Shown in pieces: positions 12,899-26,116 of a DNA stretch of 48,276 nucleotides (position 1 is the stretch's first letter; every line of letters starts with the position of its first letter). The notes beneath the pieces are model-generated. The model did no database searches, was not told the origin of the DNA, and saw nothing but the letters and a program-made list of their open reading frames with translations. A program made the position numbers and the translations under genes. The DNA is from Octopus bimaculoides (lineage: Eukaryota): positions 29,000,146 through 29,048,421 of the forward strand of contig NC_068988.1 of the NCBI RefSeq assembly GCF_001194135.2. The letters run 5' to 3'.

Positions 12899-12942
<44 letters not shown>

Positions 12943-13283
12943 GTGTGTGTATGTGTGTGTACGTATATATATTTAGGAAGAGAGAAAGTGAGAGAGAGAT
13001 AGTTAGATATTCATATAGATAAATATTTATTTACTCAAAATATTTCTCCAAATTTCCTTGTCAATATAAAAATTATCTCTAGATTATTTAACAATGTTAA
13101 GAAGATATATTGCCTTCTTTGAACCAGTGACCAAGTGTTCTGTTTAGTTTCGTCCCAATGCGTATTCATCATATGTCTGGATAGACAGATAAAATGGCGG
13201 ATATCTGAAGTTACATACACATACAAAGAAAAATATTAGCATAGGTAATTTTCTCAAATCAAATTTCAAATACACCAATAGGT

Positions 13284-13665
13284 TGTTGGCACTCTGTCGC
13301 TTACGACATCGAGGGTTCCAGTTGATCCGATCAACGGAACAACCTGCTCGTGAAATTAACGTGCAAATGGCTGAGCACTCCACAGACACGTGTACCCTTA
13401 ACGTAGTTCTCGGGGATATTCAGCGTGACATAGTGTGACAAGGCTGACCCTTTGAATTACAGGCACAACAGAAACAGGAAGTAAGAGTGAGAGAAAGTTG
13501 TGGTGAAAGAGTACAGTAGGGTTCGCCACCATCCCCTGCCGGAGCCTCGTGGAGCTTTAGGTGTTTTCGCTCAATAAACACTTACAACGCCCGGTCTGGG
13601 AATCGAAACCGCGATCATATGACCACGAGTCCGCTGTCCTAACCACTGGGCCATTTCGCCTCCAT
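13284..13665 (-). mobile_element. SINE family C, tail Y, with a 10-bp target-site duplication
   Basis: The 5' ~190 bp match 3695-3881, then a different tail follows (..gtacacgtgtctgtggagtgctcagcc..gtgccaacaa). TSD ACCAATAGGT at 13274-13283 and 13666-13675. Confidence 0.9.
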
Positions 13666-13821
13666 ACCAATAGGTAGATAAATATATAAAGTATAGTGGT
13701 GCATATGTGATGTAGTCTGAGAATTTATCCACAAATAGGAAACAATAGCTTTACTTAGTTGCAGCCTGTAAAGAGTCAGTTGCATATTTTGATAAAGCTG
13801 GCAATCCAGATGCATCAGATA

Positions 13822-14227
13822 TCTTTTATCTTTTATCGTTTATCTTTTACCTGTTTCAGTCATTAGTCTGAGGCCATGCTGGGACGCCGCCTTAAAGTTT
13901 TAGCCGAATGAATCGACCCCAGTACTTATTCTTTAAGCCTGGTATTTATTCTATCGGTTCTTTTTGTGGAACCGCTAAGTTACGGGGACGTAAACACACC
14001 AACACCCGGTTGTCAAGTGGTGACGAGGAGAGACAGACACACAAACATAGACGTGTATACATATATATACGACGGGCTTCTTTCAGTTTCCCTCTACCAT
14101 ATCCACTAACAAGACTTGGGTCGGCCCGAAGCTATTGTAGAAGATACTTGCCCAAGGTGCTACACAGGGGGACTGAACCTGGAACCATGTGGTTCGGAAG
14201 CAAGCTTTTTACTACACGGCCACACCT
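13822..14227 (-). mobile_element. tRNA-derived SINE family A (CORE-like centre, internal CA/TA microsatellite), full length
   Basis: Minus strand: tRNA-like head with B box GGTTCAGTCCC, a CCTTGGGCAAGT CORE-like block, and a (TAAAAG)n-type tail. Homologous to the copies at 29366, 32728, 35692 and 47990. Confidence 0.85.
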
Positions 14228-14439
14228 GAAAATAATATTTCATCAGAAAATATACATTCTCTGTCATAATATTCGACAGAGTTTGCGCCTTGGCTTCTTA
14301 GCTTCTCGACTGACAGCTTGATCAGCGAAAAGCAAAAAGGAAGAGCTGTAAACAGGGGTGAGTATTAAACTTTTGGAAGTAAATGAAAAAAAAAGAATGC
14401 TTTAAGAATGCTTAAAAAAAAAAGAAAACGAAAGCGAGG

Positions 14440-15170
14440 TCACTGCTTTGCACAGCGTTTCTTTCTTCTTAAAGTTGGTTTTTTCTTTAGCAGGAATTTG
14501 ACTTGTCGAAAGTAATGAGAATTTGTATCCATCCAAACTTCTCTGTTCAAATGGGAAGTGCAGTCATTCAATGACTACATTCGTTACAGGATTCACTCAC
14601 TGAGATTGTAATCTTGTAAGCATAGACTGCGTAATTCAACAAAGATACGACAGTGATCCGCGAGTTTAGTCAGAAGTAATTTTTTCAAATTCTTTCGACT
14701 GTGGCCTGATAAACGGTAAATAATGTTAATTTGTTGTATTTGAGTATATAGCATATAATTCCATCACATAATTCTTGTTGTAACGAGNNNNNNNNNNCAC
14801 TCACTGAGATTGTAATCTTGTAAGCATAGACTGCGTAATTCAACAAAGATACGACAGTGATCCGCGAGTTTAGTCAGAAGTAATTTTTTCAAATTCTTTC
14901 GACTGTGGCCTGATAAACGGTAAATAATGTTAATTTGTTGTATTTGAGTATATAGCATATAATTCCATCACATAATTCTTGTTGTAACGAGATGCCATTT
15001 AAAGATGCAATTTTAATACATTCCTCTGGCAAACAATTCTTTATCTGCATTTCTTTCTCGCTAGGATTCTTGTGGAGTGAAAGAGGGAATGGTTCCTCGC
15101 CATTATTAATTAATTTACATATGTCCATGTACGATTCCTTTCGCAACACTATTCAGTGAAACCAGTTTAA
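14440..15170 (-). repeat. Left arm of a ~540-bp inverted duplication (contains a 194-bp gap-flank artefact)
   Basis: Reverse complement aligns with 15575-16104 along its whole length, roughly 90 percent identical by eye. Confidence 0.9.
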
Positions 15171-15574
15171 CAAAAAGTATGTATGAGATGGTAATTCTTT
15201 AGAACCATGGGAGCATGCTAATTGCAGAGAGTGGCAAATATATTTTTATGAGTATCAAGGTTAATTTATTTAATTTCATCAATGTAGATAGAAGATTATT
15301 GATGACAGCCACAGAGGTTTGACGCTCGGTCAGTCACAGCAGCAAAACTCCCCTGTACTGCTTTGATCTCTCTTTCTCTCTTCCTCTTTCTGTACATACA
15401 TGTGTGTGTGTGTATCCGAAATTATAGGAATTTTAAAAACCATAAACTGTAGTAAACATTCTCTCTTGTCAATAGCCCTTTCTCCTATAGGCACCAAGCC
15501 TGGAATTCGGGGAGAGAGGAAGCAGATTGCATCGACCCTAGTGCTCAAGTAGTACTTATTTTATCAACTTATTT

Positions 15575-16104
15575 TAAGCTGGTTTCACTGAACAGTGTTG
15601 CGAAAGGAATCGTACATGGACATATGTAAATTAATTAATAATGGTGAGGAACCATTGAAAATTATTCCCTTTCACTCCACAAGAAGCCTAACGAGGAAGA
15701 AATGCAGATAAAGAATTGTTTGCCAGAGGAATGTATTAAAATTGCATCTTTAAATGGCATCTCGTTACAACAAGAATTGTGATGGAATTATATGCTATAT
15801 ACTCAAATACAACAAATGAACATTATTTACCGTTCATCAGACCACAGTTGAAAGAATTTGAAAAAAATTACTTTTGACGAAACTCGCAGACACTGTCGTA
15901 TCTTTGTTGAATTACGCAGTCTATGCTTACAAAATTACAACTTCAGTGAGTGAATCGTGTCACGAATGTAGTCATTGAATGACTGCACTTCCCATTTGAA
16001 CAGAGAAGTTTGGATACAAATTCTCATCACTTTCGACATGTCAAATTTCATCAAAAGTAAAAAGAAAAGTTCTAAGAACAAAGAAACGCTGTGCAAAGAG
16101 GTGA
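15575..16104 (+). repeat. Right arm of the inverted duplication
   Basis: From ctggtttcactgaa..gtgttgcgaaaggaatcgtacatgg to aagaaacgctgtgcaaag. Confidence 0.9.
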
Positions 16105-17979
16105 GCAAGGAAAAGATGAAGGCAGAGTCGACCTCGGTGGAATTTCTACTCAGAACGTAAATTCAGACGAAATTTTGTTAAATATTTTGTTCGACATGCT
16201 AACGATTCTATCAGCTCGCTGCCTTATATCTTGTCAATAATAAGGCGATTTGAACCCCGCACACACTAATAGTCATGCAGAAGCATAACATAAAATTGAG
16301 TTGCATTGTTATCGTCTTCATGTCAAAATATGCAAATGTTTTACCAGCACAAAAGTGCAGTTTTAAATCGCCACAAAAATCGCATTTGTTTCACGTTTAA
16401 TTTGTCAAGCATTTAGATGGATGAATTTTGTCTGATGATAACCAACGTATCAACTTGTGTCGATACTGCGTTCAGTTGATATTCCCGTTGAGAATCAAGG
16501 TATAGGAAACCGGAATAATTTTCATTCTCAAATTACTTCTGAGAGAATTCAAGTATATTTATGTGTACTTGTCTATACACAACTCTGTTTTTATTATTTA
16601 TATTCATGTATATACACATTCATATATATGCAAGCTCGCGTATAAGCTGGATATATACGAGTTTATGGCAACGTGTTTGTCTGTACATTTTTGTCTGTAT
16701 GTGTGAATGTGTATATGCATGTTTGTGTACGTATTTGTGTGTATGCGTATTTGTATATTTGCCTGGATATGAGTATGAATACGTCATTGTGTACTTGCAT
16801 GTGTATGGATGTTTCTATGCAGCTGTATAACCCTGCATATGTTTTCACTCATGGATTCGAAAAAAAAGTATCTATAAAACAACATACAATGAAATTTCTC
16901 ATATTCTCTACATTTTGAACAGTAACAATGCTTCTAGGGATAAACCAAGAATATAAATGCTGTTACTTACTATGCTACAAGTCTCTTTACATGTTGTTTT
17001 ACATATGTTTTTAAATAAGAACAAAGTGAATTAAATAAAACGTAAATAAGTTGCATGTTTTTTTTATCAATATCTCTTCAGTTTTTCTTTTCTCTATTGT
17101 ACTTATATCGGAAATATTTCACGAATATTCTGTATTATCAAATGTATTGTACAATTAGAGAAAAAAAAACTGGTAGAGAGTTTAAAATGTTAAAGTACTC
17201 GATTAAACATTATACGGTATCCTGTTTCGTATGTCTGTGCGACGAGTCTCAATTTGCAAAACTGAGTGGTTAAGAAATTAACCACTCGCAACCAAGTAGC
17301 TCCGTGTTCGATTTGATTGCCGGCTTTTTGGGAACATGTATTCTGATTTAGCTTCGAGTTGACCAATGCCTGCCGAAATGGAATATGGCAAACAGAAACT
17401 GTGTTTATTTGGCAAAAAATACGACTATCCCGAAGGATAACAATACATATATATGTATATATATATANNNNNNNNNNNNNNNNNNNNNNNNNNNNNNNNN
17501 NNNNNNNNNNNNNNNNNNNNNNNNNNNNNNNNNNNNNNNNNNNNNNNNNNNNNNNNNNNNNNNNNNNNNNNNNNNNNNNNNNNNNNNNNNNNNNNNNNNN
17601 NNNNNNNNNNNNNNNNNNNNNNNNNNNNNNNNNNNNNNNNNNNNNNNNNNNNNNNNNNNNNNNNNNNNNNNNNNNNNNNNNNNNNNNNNNNNNNNNNNNN
17701 NNNNNNNNNNNNNNNNNNNNNNNNNNNNNNNNNNNNNNNNNNNNNNNNNNNNNNNNNNNNNNNNNNNNNNNNNNNNNNNNNNNNNNNNNNNNNNNNNNNN
17801 NNNNNNNNNNNNNNNNNNNNNNNNNNNNNNNNNNNNNNNNNNNNNNNNNNNNNNNNNNNNNNNNNNNNNNNNNNNNNNNNNNNNNNNNNNNNNNNNNNNN
17901 NNNNNNNNNNNNNNNNNNNNNNNNNNNNNNNNNNNNNNNNNNNNNNNNNNNNNNNNNNNNNNNNNNNNNNNNNNNNNNC

Positions 17980-18485
17980 TTTTGATGATTTTGTGTGTGT
18001 GTAAAATTTCCTTTAATTTGGGGTCCTTATGTAGCATTGGTATGTTTTGGGTGATGATGGTGAAGGCTTCTTTGTTTCTGGGGTTGTATGTGGATATGTA
18101 CGGCAGTATTTTCGGGGAAGGTGTGTTGCTGTGTTTAACTTTTCTTAAGTTTTCTATGTTAATTTGTGATGCACGTCTGATTCCATCCTCTATGAATTGA
18201 ACTGGGTAGTGTCTGTCAATTAGTGTGTTTTTGAGTTCTTGTAGTCTGTAGTCTCTAGTATTTTGTTCTGACACTATTGTGCATATCCTTCTTGCAAGGT
18301 TGAAGGAGATGTTTGTCTTGGGTGGCATGAATCAAATAGTAGATATTGCCTGGCGTCTGTGGTTTTGTAAAATATGTCCGTTTATATTTTTAGGTTTATT
18401 TTTTAATTAGTATATCCAAGAATGGGAGCTCCTTTTGGTTGTACTCCATTATGAACTGTATGTTTGGGTTGACACTGTTCAATAG
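17980..18485 (-). mobile_element. Penelope-like retroelement, RT C-terminal/thumb region, decayed
   Basis: LNSVNPNIQFIMEYNQKELPFLDILIKK ... TDIFYKTTDARQYLLFDSCHP / KTNISFNLARRICTIVSEQNTRDYRLQELKNTLIDRHYP ... LPYISTYNP. These are hallmark PLE motifs (LPFLD, TDxYxKxT..YL..S.HP, RICT, YP). Frameshifted; runs into a gap. Confidence 0.9.
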
Positions 18486-19794
18486 ACTTTTGCTTCGCCA
18501 GCAGATTGCATGCCCAGAATACCGAATGATACCTTTTAGTGAATATATTGAGAAATGCGCAAAACAAATGCTACCACAATTTATAATCTTTCCTTTCTAT
18601 CAATGTGCCATTAAAACACCAACACAGATTAGATTGAATAAGGAAAACTTCTTCATTCAAAAATACAAACCCAAACTTAACCATTGCCAACACATTTAAA
18701 TAAGGAAATTCATCACCCCACTGAGAAAAAAGGAAAAAAATATAGAACAAAACCATGGTAAATTAATCAAATTCCACCACCTCCTAGATTTCGATTATCT
18801 CCCCTATACCGGAAGAAATCCCTAATTACCTCCCCCTATCTAGAACTCTTCTTTTTCNNNNNNNNNNNNNNNNNNNNNNNNNNNNNNNNNNNNNNNNNNN
18901 NNNNNNNNNNNNNNNNNNNNNNNNNNNNNNNNNNNNNNNNNNNNNNNNNNNNNNNNNNNNNNNNNNNNNNNNNNNNNNNNNNNNNNNNNNNNNNNNNNNN
19001 NNNNNNNNNNNNNNNNNNNNNNNNNNNNNNNNNNNNNNNNNNNNNNNNNNNNNNNNNNNNNNNNNNNNNNNNNNNNNNNNNNNNNNNNNNNNNNNNNNNN
19101 NNNNNNNNNNNNNNNNNNNNNNNNNNNNNNNNNNNNNNNNNNNNNNNNNNNNNNNNNNNNNNNNNNNNNNNNNNNNNNNNNNNNNNNNNNNNNNNNNNNN
19201 NNNNNNNNNNNNNNNNNNNNNNNNNNNNNNNNNNNNNNNNNNNNNNNNNNNNNNNNNNNNNNNNNNNNNNNNNNNNNNNNNNNNNNNNNNNNNNNNNNNN
19301 NNNNNNNNNNNNNNNNNNNNNNNNNNNNNNNNNNNNNNNNNNNNNNNNNNNNNNNNNNNNNNNNNNNNNNNNNNNNNNNNNNNNNNNNNNNNNNNNNNNN
19401 NNNNNNNNNNNNNNNNNNNNNNNNNNNNNNNNNNNNNNNNNNNNNNNNNNNNNNNNNNNNNNNNNNNNNNNNTATATATATAGTACAAAATCACGCACGC
19501 TCGCACACACTCACTCAAAGAAAAGTAAATGGCACCAAACAGTGTTTCACCTCCACCATCACAATGACTATTGCTACTCTTCTAACGACAACCACCAACG
19601 CCAGCACAACAACAAACAACACCATCTCCACTGTACACAGAAGGAAAAAAATGAAGTCACGCAAACCTCGCTGAAAAGTCAAAAATCTTGATACACCAAG
19701 TAAATCTTGACACAACGAAGTATAATACAAACATTTCCTGAAAGTAAGATGGATTCCCCAAGAAAGCCAGAGTACTAACCTTGTAAGAGTTACG

Positions 19795-19858
<64 letters not shown>

Positions 19859-21094
19859 CAATGCAATAAGAGTTATTTCTAGTGTAAAGAGTTGAATGGA
19901 AAACTTAAAAAATTTATTAAATTAGACCCATTGAAGTAAACCCTTTAATGGAATGGAATTCAGTAATCTCAAATACACCAGGCAAAACATATACACATAT
20001 ACAACTTGAAATCCGGGACATAACATTGTATTTCAAAATAGAATGCGATACATATCGTGTCATAATTACATATAAATATGCACATGTATGTGCGTGTATG
20101 GAAGTGTGCGCTCGCGAGCGTGTAAGAGAGTGAGGGAGAGAGAGAGAGAGAGGAAGAGAGAAAGAGAGAGAGGGAGAGAAGAGAGAGTGAGTTGTATTTT
20201 GGTAGAGTCACTCTGTCCATCAAAGTGCACGAAATGTTTGTACTTTGCTTCGGTGTTCATTGGTGTATCACAGTCTTTCTCTGGAAATCTTTTGATTTTT
20301 CAATGAGGTTGGCGTGACTACATTTTGATCTCTGTGTCCGGTAGCTATAGTGGTGGTGGTGGTGGTGGTAGTTTTTGCTGTGGAGATTGTTGCGGCTGCG
20401 GCGGCGGTAGTGGGGGTTTGGTTAGAAGGGTAGAAGTAGTCATTAGGATGATGGAGGTGAAACTATGTTTGGTGCCATGTCCTTTTGTCTGAGTGAATGC
20501 GTGTGTGCATGCGTTCGTTTGTGTGTACATCATAACGACGACATAACGTGCGCATAATGCTTCACGTCAATGAGTATCTGTTCTCGATTGTGCTTTTTGC
20601 TTTTATTTAGTTTATTCGTTTCATTTTGATGTATTTTCATATTTGTATCGACTGAACCGGATTCAAATTAGTAGCAGCAGCAGCAGCAGCAGATAATGAC
20701 TGACTATGATCGATAGGGGTGGGCGAGGGATGGAGAGGAGTATCTTTCTTTGTCCTTGACTTCCCGGTATCTTTCTTAGCATCGTCTGTGTCAGTCTCTC
20801 CGTTTATCAATCTAAAGCGTAGAGTTCTTTTACAGACATTCACTCACACTACACCTCACGTAGTTAAGAAACTCGCTGAGCAAGTATCTTCTACAATAAC
20901 CCCGTACCGACAAATTCCTTGTTAGTAAATCTGCTAGACGGAAACTATGTGGAAGCCCATCTACTTCATCATGACCGCAGTCCAATTATTGAAACAATAT
21001 AAATATAAATACATATTTATATATACTTGTGTGTGTGTGTGTGTGTGTGTGAGTGTGTGTGTCTTTGTGATTGTCCCCGCCACTGATTGACAAT

Positions 21095-21337
21095 GCATGG
21101 CCATTATCTTTTTAATTCTTCTGTCCATACTGACGAGTCTCTTGTGTGTACATTCCACAATTCACACAGCGTAGCAGACCATACATACAACCCAAGCCAT
21201 AACGCCAATGATCAGACTACCTCCATTCAATTTAGATCTACACAAATTCTTCACTCTTCTAATGTACTCTGGTGTCATTTTGTCTTTCATCTTGGCGTCC
21301 ATCTCCTAATCCAGCTGCAAAATCCGAAAGTACTTCC
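21095..21337 (-). mobile_element. R4/Dong-type non-LTR retrotransposon, RT C-terminal fragment, decayed
   Basis: KYFRILQLD*EMDAKMKDKMTPEYIRRVKNLCRSKLNGGSLIIGVMAWVVCMVCYAV*IVECTHKRLVSMDRRIKKIMAMH fits the R4-clade pattern YKYLGILQ..EYxRRVxxxxxSKLNGGNLIxxxNxWA..DRKTRKxM. Two in-frame stops. Confidence 0.8.
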
Positions 21338-22224
21338 TTGCTTAATTTTCTAAAACACAATATTTTCTTTTTCTTAAATTTAAAAATAATTTACCAACTC
21401 TTTAAAATAAAACAGTTGCGCATATTTTCATGTTTTCATATATCCACATAATTTATTGCAGTGTGTGTTTTCCATTTTGTTTCAGGCGGTCATCTCCAGC
21501 ATCCAAAATAATACGAAATCTCATTCACATACATAAACATTCACAAGCACTTTCACACAAGCAAGCAGGCACTCACGCATATATACACTCACAGACACAA
21601 ACATAAAACACACTCATAAGCTTACACACACAAACACACACACACACACATACACAGACGCGCGCGCACACACGCACACACACATACACACACACACACA
21701 CTTGCTCACGCAAACACACATACACTCTCACACATACATTCTCACACATACACTCACACAATTACACACGCTCATAAACTCACACACATACATACATACA
21801 CACACTCACTTACACACATACACACAAACACGAGCTCTTACTCTCGCCCTTCTCTCTCTCCCCCGTACACAAGCATTAGAAAAATCTAATTTGTAATTGA
21901 ATTTTTTCACCCAAACTAATAATAATTATTATTTGGTGGATTAACAGAGTCGTTAGAGCGTAGTAAAGATGCCTCGCGGTATTTCATTGCGTTCCTCTAG
22001 ATTGCATCGCAATCCCCTCAAAATTATTGGCTCTAAGCCTAAATTAGAAATTATCATTTGCCAAGGTTAAGAACAGCGAAGTCAGGGAGGAGTTTCTAAG
22101 AAATCCCAAGCTGTTTATTCGGGGTATGCTTCGGGCTGATTGCCACTGCGCGAATATGTATGCTTTATTGAGTGCGGGACTGCGCGTGGGTGGTTGTGAG
22201 GGGTATGGTTGTGAGGGGTATGGT

Positions 22225-22257
<33 letters not shown>

Positions 22258-22296
22258 ATTTTCTCTTCTATTTCTAATTGGAGTCTGAATCTTCTT

Positions 22297-22790
<494 letters not shown>

Positions 22791-22799
22791 GAACAAATA

Positions 22800-23245
22800 T
22801 TTCATAAGGCAGCCCTCTACTATAACAATGCTCTAGTTTAGAACGGCTTCAAAGATAAAACATACTACAACTCTAAGTAAAAATAGATAAAAAAAATAGA
22901 TCTAGGAAAACAATTTGGTTCGTCCTTCCTTCCTTCCTTCATGTTAAGAGTAACGTAGCCATATTTACTATTAAATCATAAATACAGGAAAATGTTTAAC
23001 GCTCAGTAAAACTATTATACAGTTGCTGCCCCAATATGAAGAACATTATAACTCGCAAAAACCACCAAGAGACCACTCTCAGTTGTAACTGTCGAAACCC
23101 AGCAGCTTGCCCACTTCACGAAGCGTGTATTATGAACTCCGTCAAATACGAGGCTGAAATTACAGCTACGCACCCAGACAAATGAGTTGAAAAGAAGTAC
23201 ATCTGGTTATGCGAGAGCGAATTGAAGAAACGTTATGCAAACTAG
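22800..23245 (+). mobile_element. Second Penelope-like fragment: linker plus GIY-YIG endonuclease with Cys knuckle, decayed
   Basis: FHKAALYYNNALV*NGFKDK, then 23006-23242 VKLLYSCCPNMKNIITRKNHQETTLSCNCRNPAACPLHEACIMNSVKYEAEITATHPDK*VEKKYIWLCESELKKRYAN. This fits the PLE pattern YSCxPNMxxII..CNC..CPL..C..V.Y.A....YIG..E..FK.RY.N. Confidence 0.8.
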
Positions 23246-23447
23246 CTGACGGAAACTTTGTGGAAGCCCGTCGTAGCTCTCTTTTAGAATTTCACGATAC
23301 CAACAATCTATTTCTACTTCAATATTTCAACTTACAAACGTCAATTCGGTCACAGCTGCACGTTTAGTTCTTGATGCACTCACTTCGTTTTCAACGTGTT
23401 CTGTTCAATTGAAACAAACTTTACATAAACTTTGGTGTGTGTGTGTG

Positions 23448-23479
<32 letters not shown>

Positions 23480-23786
23480 AGTGCGTGTGCATGCGTGTTT
23501 CCTAAGAGTGACTAAGTTAAATTGAAAAGAGTTTCGTTTACGTTTATTTAATATTGTAATTCCCTTTAGATATAAACAAAGCTATGTTAACGACTTATTG
23601 TTGTCTGATTTAATTATGGTTTGGCTTCGAAATAATTTTATGTATTTATTTTATTTACTATTTTTATTGTCATTTATTTAATATTTTAATTAATTATTGA
23701 TTTCCATTACGAGTTAAAATATCCATGGGAGAGACCAGTATGTAATACAATTCTACGAACTGTGACTAACAAGGAAGAAGATAAAA

Positions 23787-23829
<43 letters not shown>

Positions 23830-24193
23830 TGTCATCGTCGTAGCAGTAGTGGTGGTGGTGGTGGTGGTGGTGGTGGTGATGATGGTGATATATTAATGTT
23901 TGTTTTTCCGTTAAGTTTAATAACAATAATTTAAAATTAATCTGATGGATTAATCTATACTTTTGTAGAATAAAAGTCTATTATTCTTATTCAAGAATAT
24001 TGTTGCAGTCATTTCGAATTTTCGGTTAGCTAAACCATTCTATGTACAAACGCGCGCGCTTCTGTCATAACTTCTGTCATACTTCTGTATCACCGAATAG
24101 TCACAAATCTATTCTAGACATGATAGGAAAAATATCAGTGAACAATAATAACGTCTTACCTCTAATGGGTCAAAACAAGTAAATATTGGTCAA

Positions 24194-24251
24194 CTTGGTA
24201 CCGGTTTCGAAATTTAGCGCCGAATAGGTGCCTGATTTCTCATCAGCCAAA
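24194..24251 (-). ncRNA. Minimal type I hammerhead ribozyme, canonical core
   Basis: Minus strand: tTTGG CTGATGA GAAAT-(21 nt)-ATTTC GAAAC CG GTA CCAAg. Stem I is TTGG/CCAA (plus a G-U pair), stem II is GAAAT/ATTTC, stem III is the palindrome ACCGGT, and the cleavage triplet is GUA (cut between 24199 and 24198). Confidence 0.8.
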
Positions 24252-25584
24252 GTCTGCCAGCTAAAATACAACTAAAATTCCGCCCCTGTACGGCTGATAA
24301 TTCGCTTGCCACTCGTGATGGTATTTTAATAATACCATCCCTATATATATATATATNNNNNNNNNNNNNNNNNNNNNNNNNNNNNNNNNNNNNNNNNNNN
24401 NNNNNNNNNNNNNNNNNNNNNNNNNNNNNNNNNNNNNNNNNNNNNNNNNNNNNNNNNNNNNNNNNNNNNNNNNNNNNNNNNNNNNNNNNNNNNNNNNNNN
24501 NNNNNNNNNNNNNNNNNNNNNNNNNNNNNNNNNNNNNNNNNNNNNNNNNNNNNNNNNNNNNNNNNNNNNNNNNNNNNNNNNNNNNNNNNNNNNNNNNNNN
24601 NNNNNNNNNNNNNNNNNNNNNNNNNNNNNNNNNNNNNNNNNNNNNNNNNNNNNNNNNNNNNNNNNNNNNNNNNNNNNNNNNNNNNNNNNNNNNNNNNNNN
24701 NNNNNNNNNNNNNNNNNNNNNNNNNNNNNNNNNNNNNNNNNNNNNNNNNNNNNNNNNNNNNNNNNNNNNNNNNNNNNNNNNNNNNNNNNNNNNNNNNNNN
24801 NNNNNNNNNNNNNNNNNNNNNNNNNNNNNNNNNNNNNNNNNNNNNNNNNNNNNNNNNNNNNNNNNNNNNNNNNNNNNNNNNNNNNNNNNNNNNNNNNNNN
24901 NNNNNNNNNNNNNNNNNNNNNNNNNNNNNNNNNNNNNNNNNNNNNNNNNNNNNNNNNNNNNNNNNNNNNNNNNNNNNNNNNNNNNNNNNNNNNNNNNNNN
25001 NNNNNNNNNNNNNNNNNNNNNNNNNNNNNNNNNNNNNNNNNNNNNNNNNNNNNNCATGCTGAAATTTTATTCAATAATCCGCCATAACTTATTAAATTTA
25101 ATTTTTGTTCCAGCGTTAGAATCAGTCGTGACAAAGAATAAACGTTGAAACCTCCAAGAACTTGAAATTCCAACTTTAACAAATATAGGAAGTTGTACTA
25201 ATTGTCATGGATGTGTATATTTCTATCTAAAGGCAAGTTGTTGAACACGAGAGCTAATAAAAAAACATGCATTTTTAAAGGGAAATGATATTGAATTTTC
25301 AGCAAATTAATTTTTTAAAAAGTTGTTTCTCTCTTTTAAACAAAATCTTGAACAGGTATTTAGAAAAATAAAAAAAAGATATTTCTCTCTATCAAACTAT
25401 ATAATAGAAATGATAAAGTTAGCCGAACATTGAAGCACTACAAGTAGCTAATGCAGTTTCGTGTTACACTTAACTTTATGTCAATTATTTTTTTCTATCC
25501 CTAAAATGTTCAGTTTTTCCGTATTATTCTCGTGTTTGATACAATTTCAGAAATCCAATCTTATTTTCAATCCGAAGCTTCCCA

Positions 25585-25867
25585 AAGGTCAATGAACATG
25601 TCCATAACACCAAAGATTCTTTGAAAGCTGCCATAGTCAGAGTAATGTCCAAAATGAACCAGGACCACTTGATTGGAGCATGTAGATGATTTAGATCTCA
25701 TATAGAGGCAGTTGCTGAAGCTGAACGTAGCTTTATTGAATAATATTATGGAAAAGAAGGTTTATTTTTATCTTCATAGGATTTTTTGATAAATAAAGTT
25801 ATTATCTGTTATTATATCTGTTTTCTTTATAAGCATAAATCTGTCCTCAAATATCTTACGCACTCTG
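25585..25867 (+). mobile_element. 3' end of a maT/Bmmar1-like mariner-family transposon (transposase C-terminus plus right TIR)
   Basis: KVNEHVHNTKDSLKAAIVRVMSKMNQDHLIGACR*FRSHIEAVAEAERSFIE* (stop 25741-25743), then ...atcttacgcactctg-TA, whose reverse complement TA-CAGAGTG resembles a mariner TIR start. Confidence 0.7.
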
Positions 25868-26116
25868 TATATAGGAGTAAATGTAAGGATAAGCAAGTTA
25901 GGCAAGTCGATATATAATAAATATTAAATACATTTAATACAAAAAATGTACATATGTATGTACTACTATCACTAGCTTCATTATTAACCCTAACCCGAAA
26001 TCTATTTTCTCCTCCCACTACTCTCTATCTAACCCTCCAACTCCGAATACACTTAGTTCTCCACAAAATCATTCCATCTTGAAACTCCATTCTGTCAATA
26101 CCTCAAATATAAATTT

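Noticed and set aside
14594-14991. 194-bp perfect direct repeat (14594-14787 and 14798-14991)
   Set aside because: Identical copies flank a 10-N gap and the homologous inverted arm has only one copy: unmerged contig overlap.
23938-23956. Cluster of TAATCT/GGATTA Otx/Crx-type sites
   Set aside because: Hexamers are common in AT-rich DNA and the promoter position is unknown.
25986-25997. (TAACCC)2 telomere-like hexamers
   Set aside because: Only two units; expected by chance.
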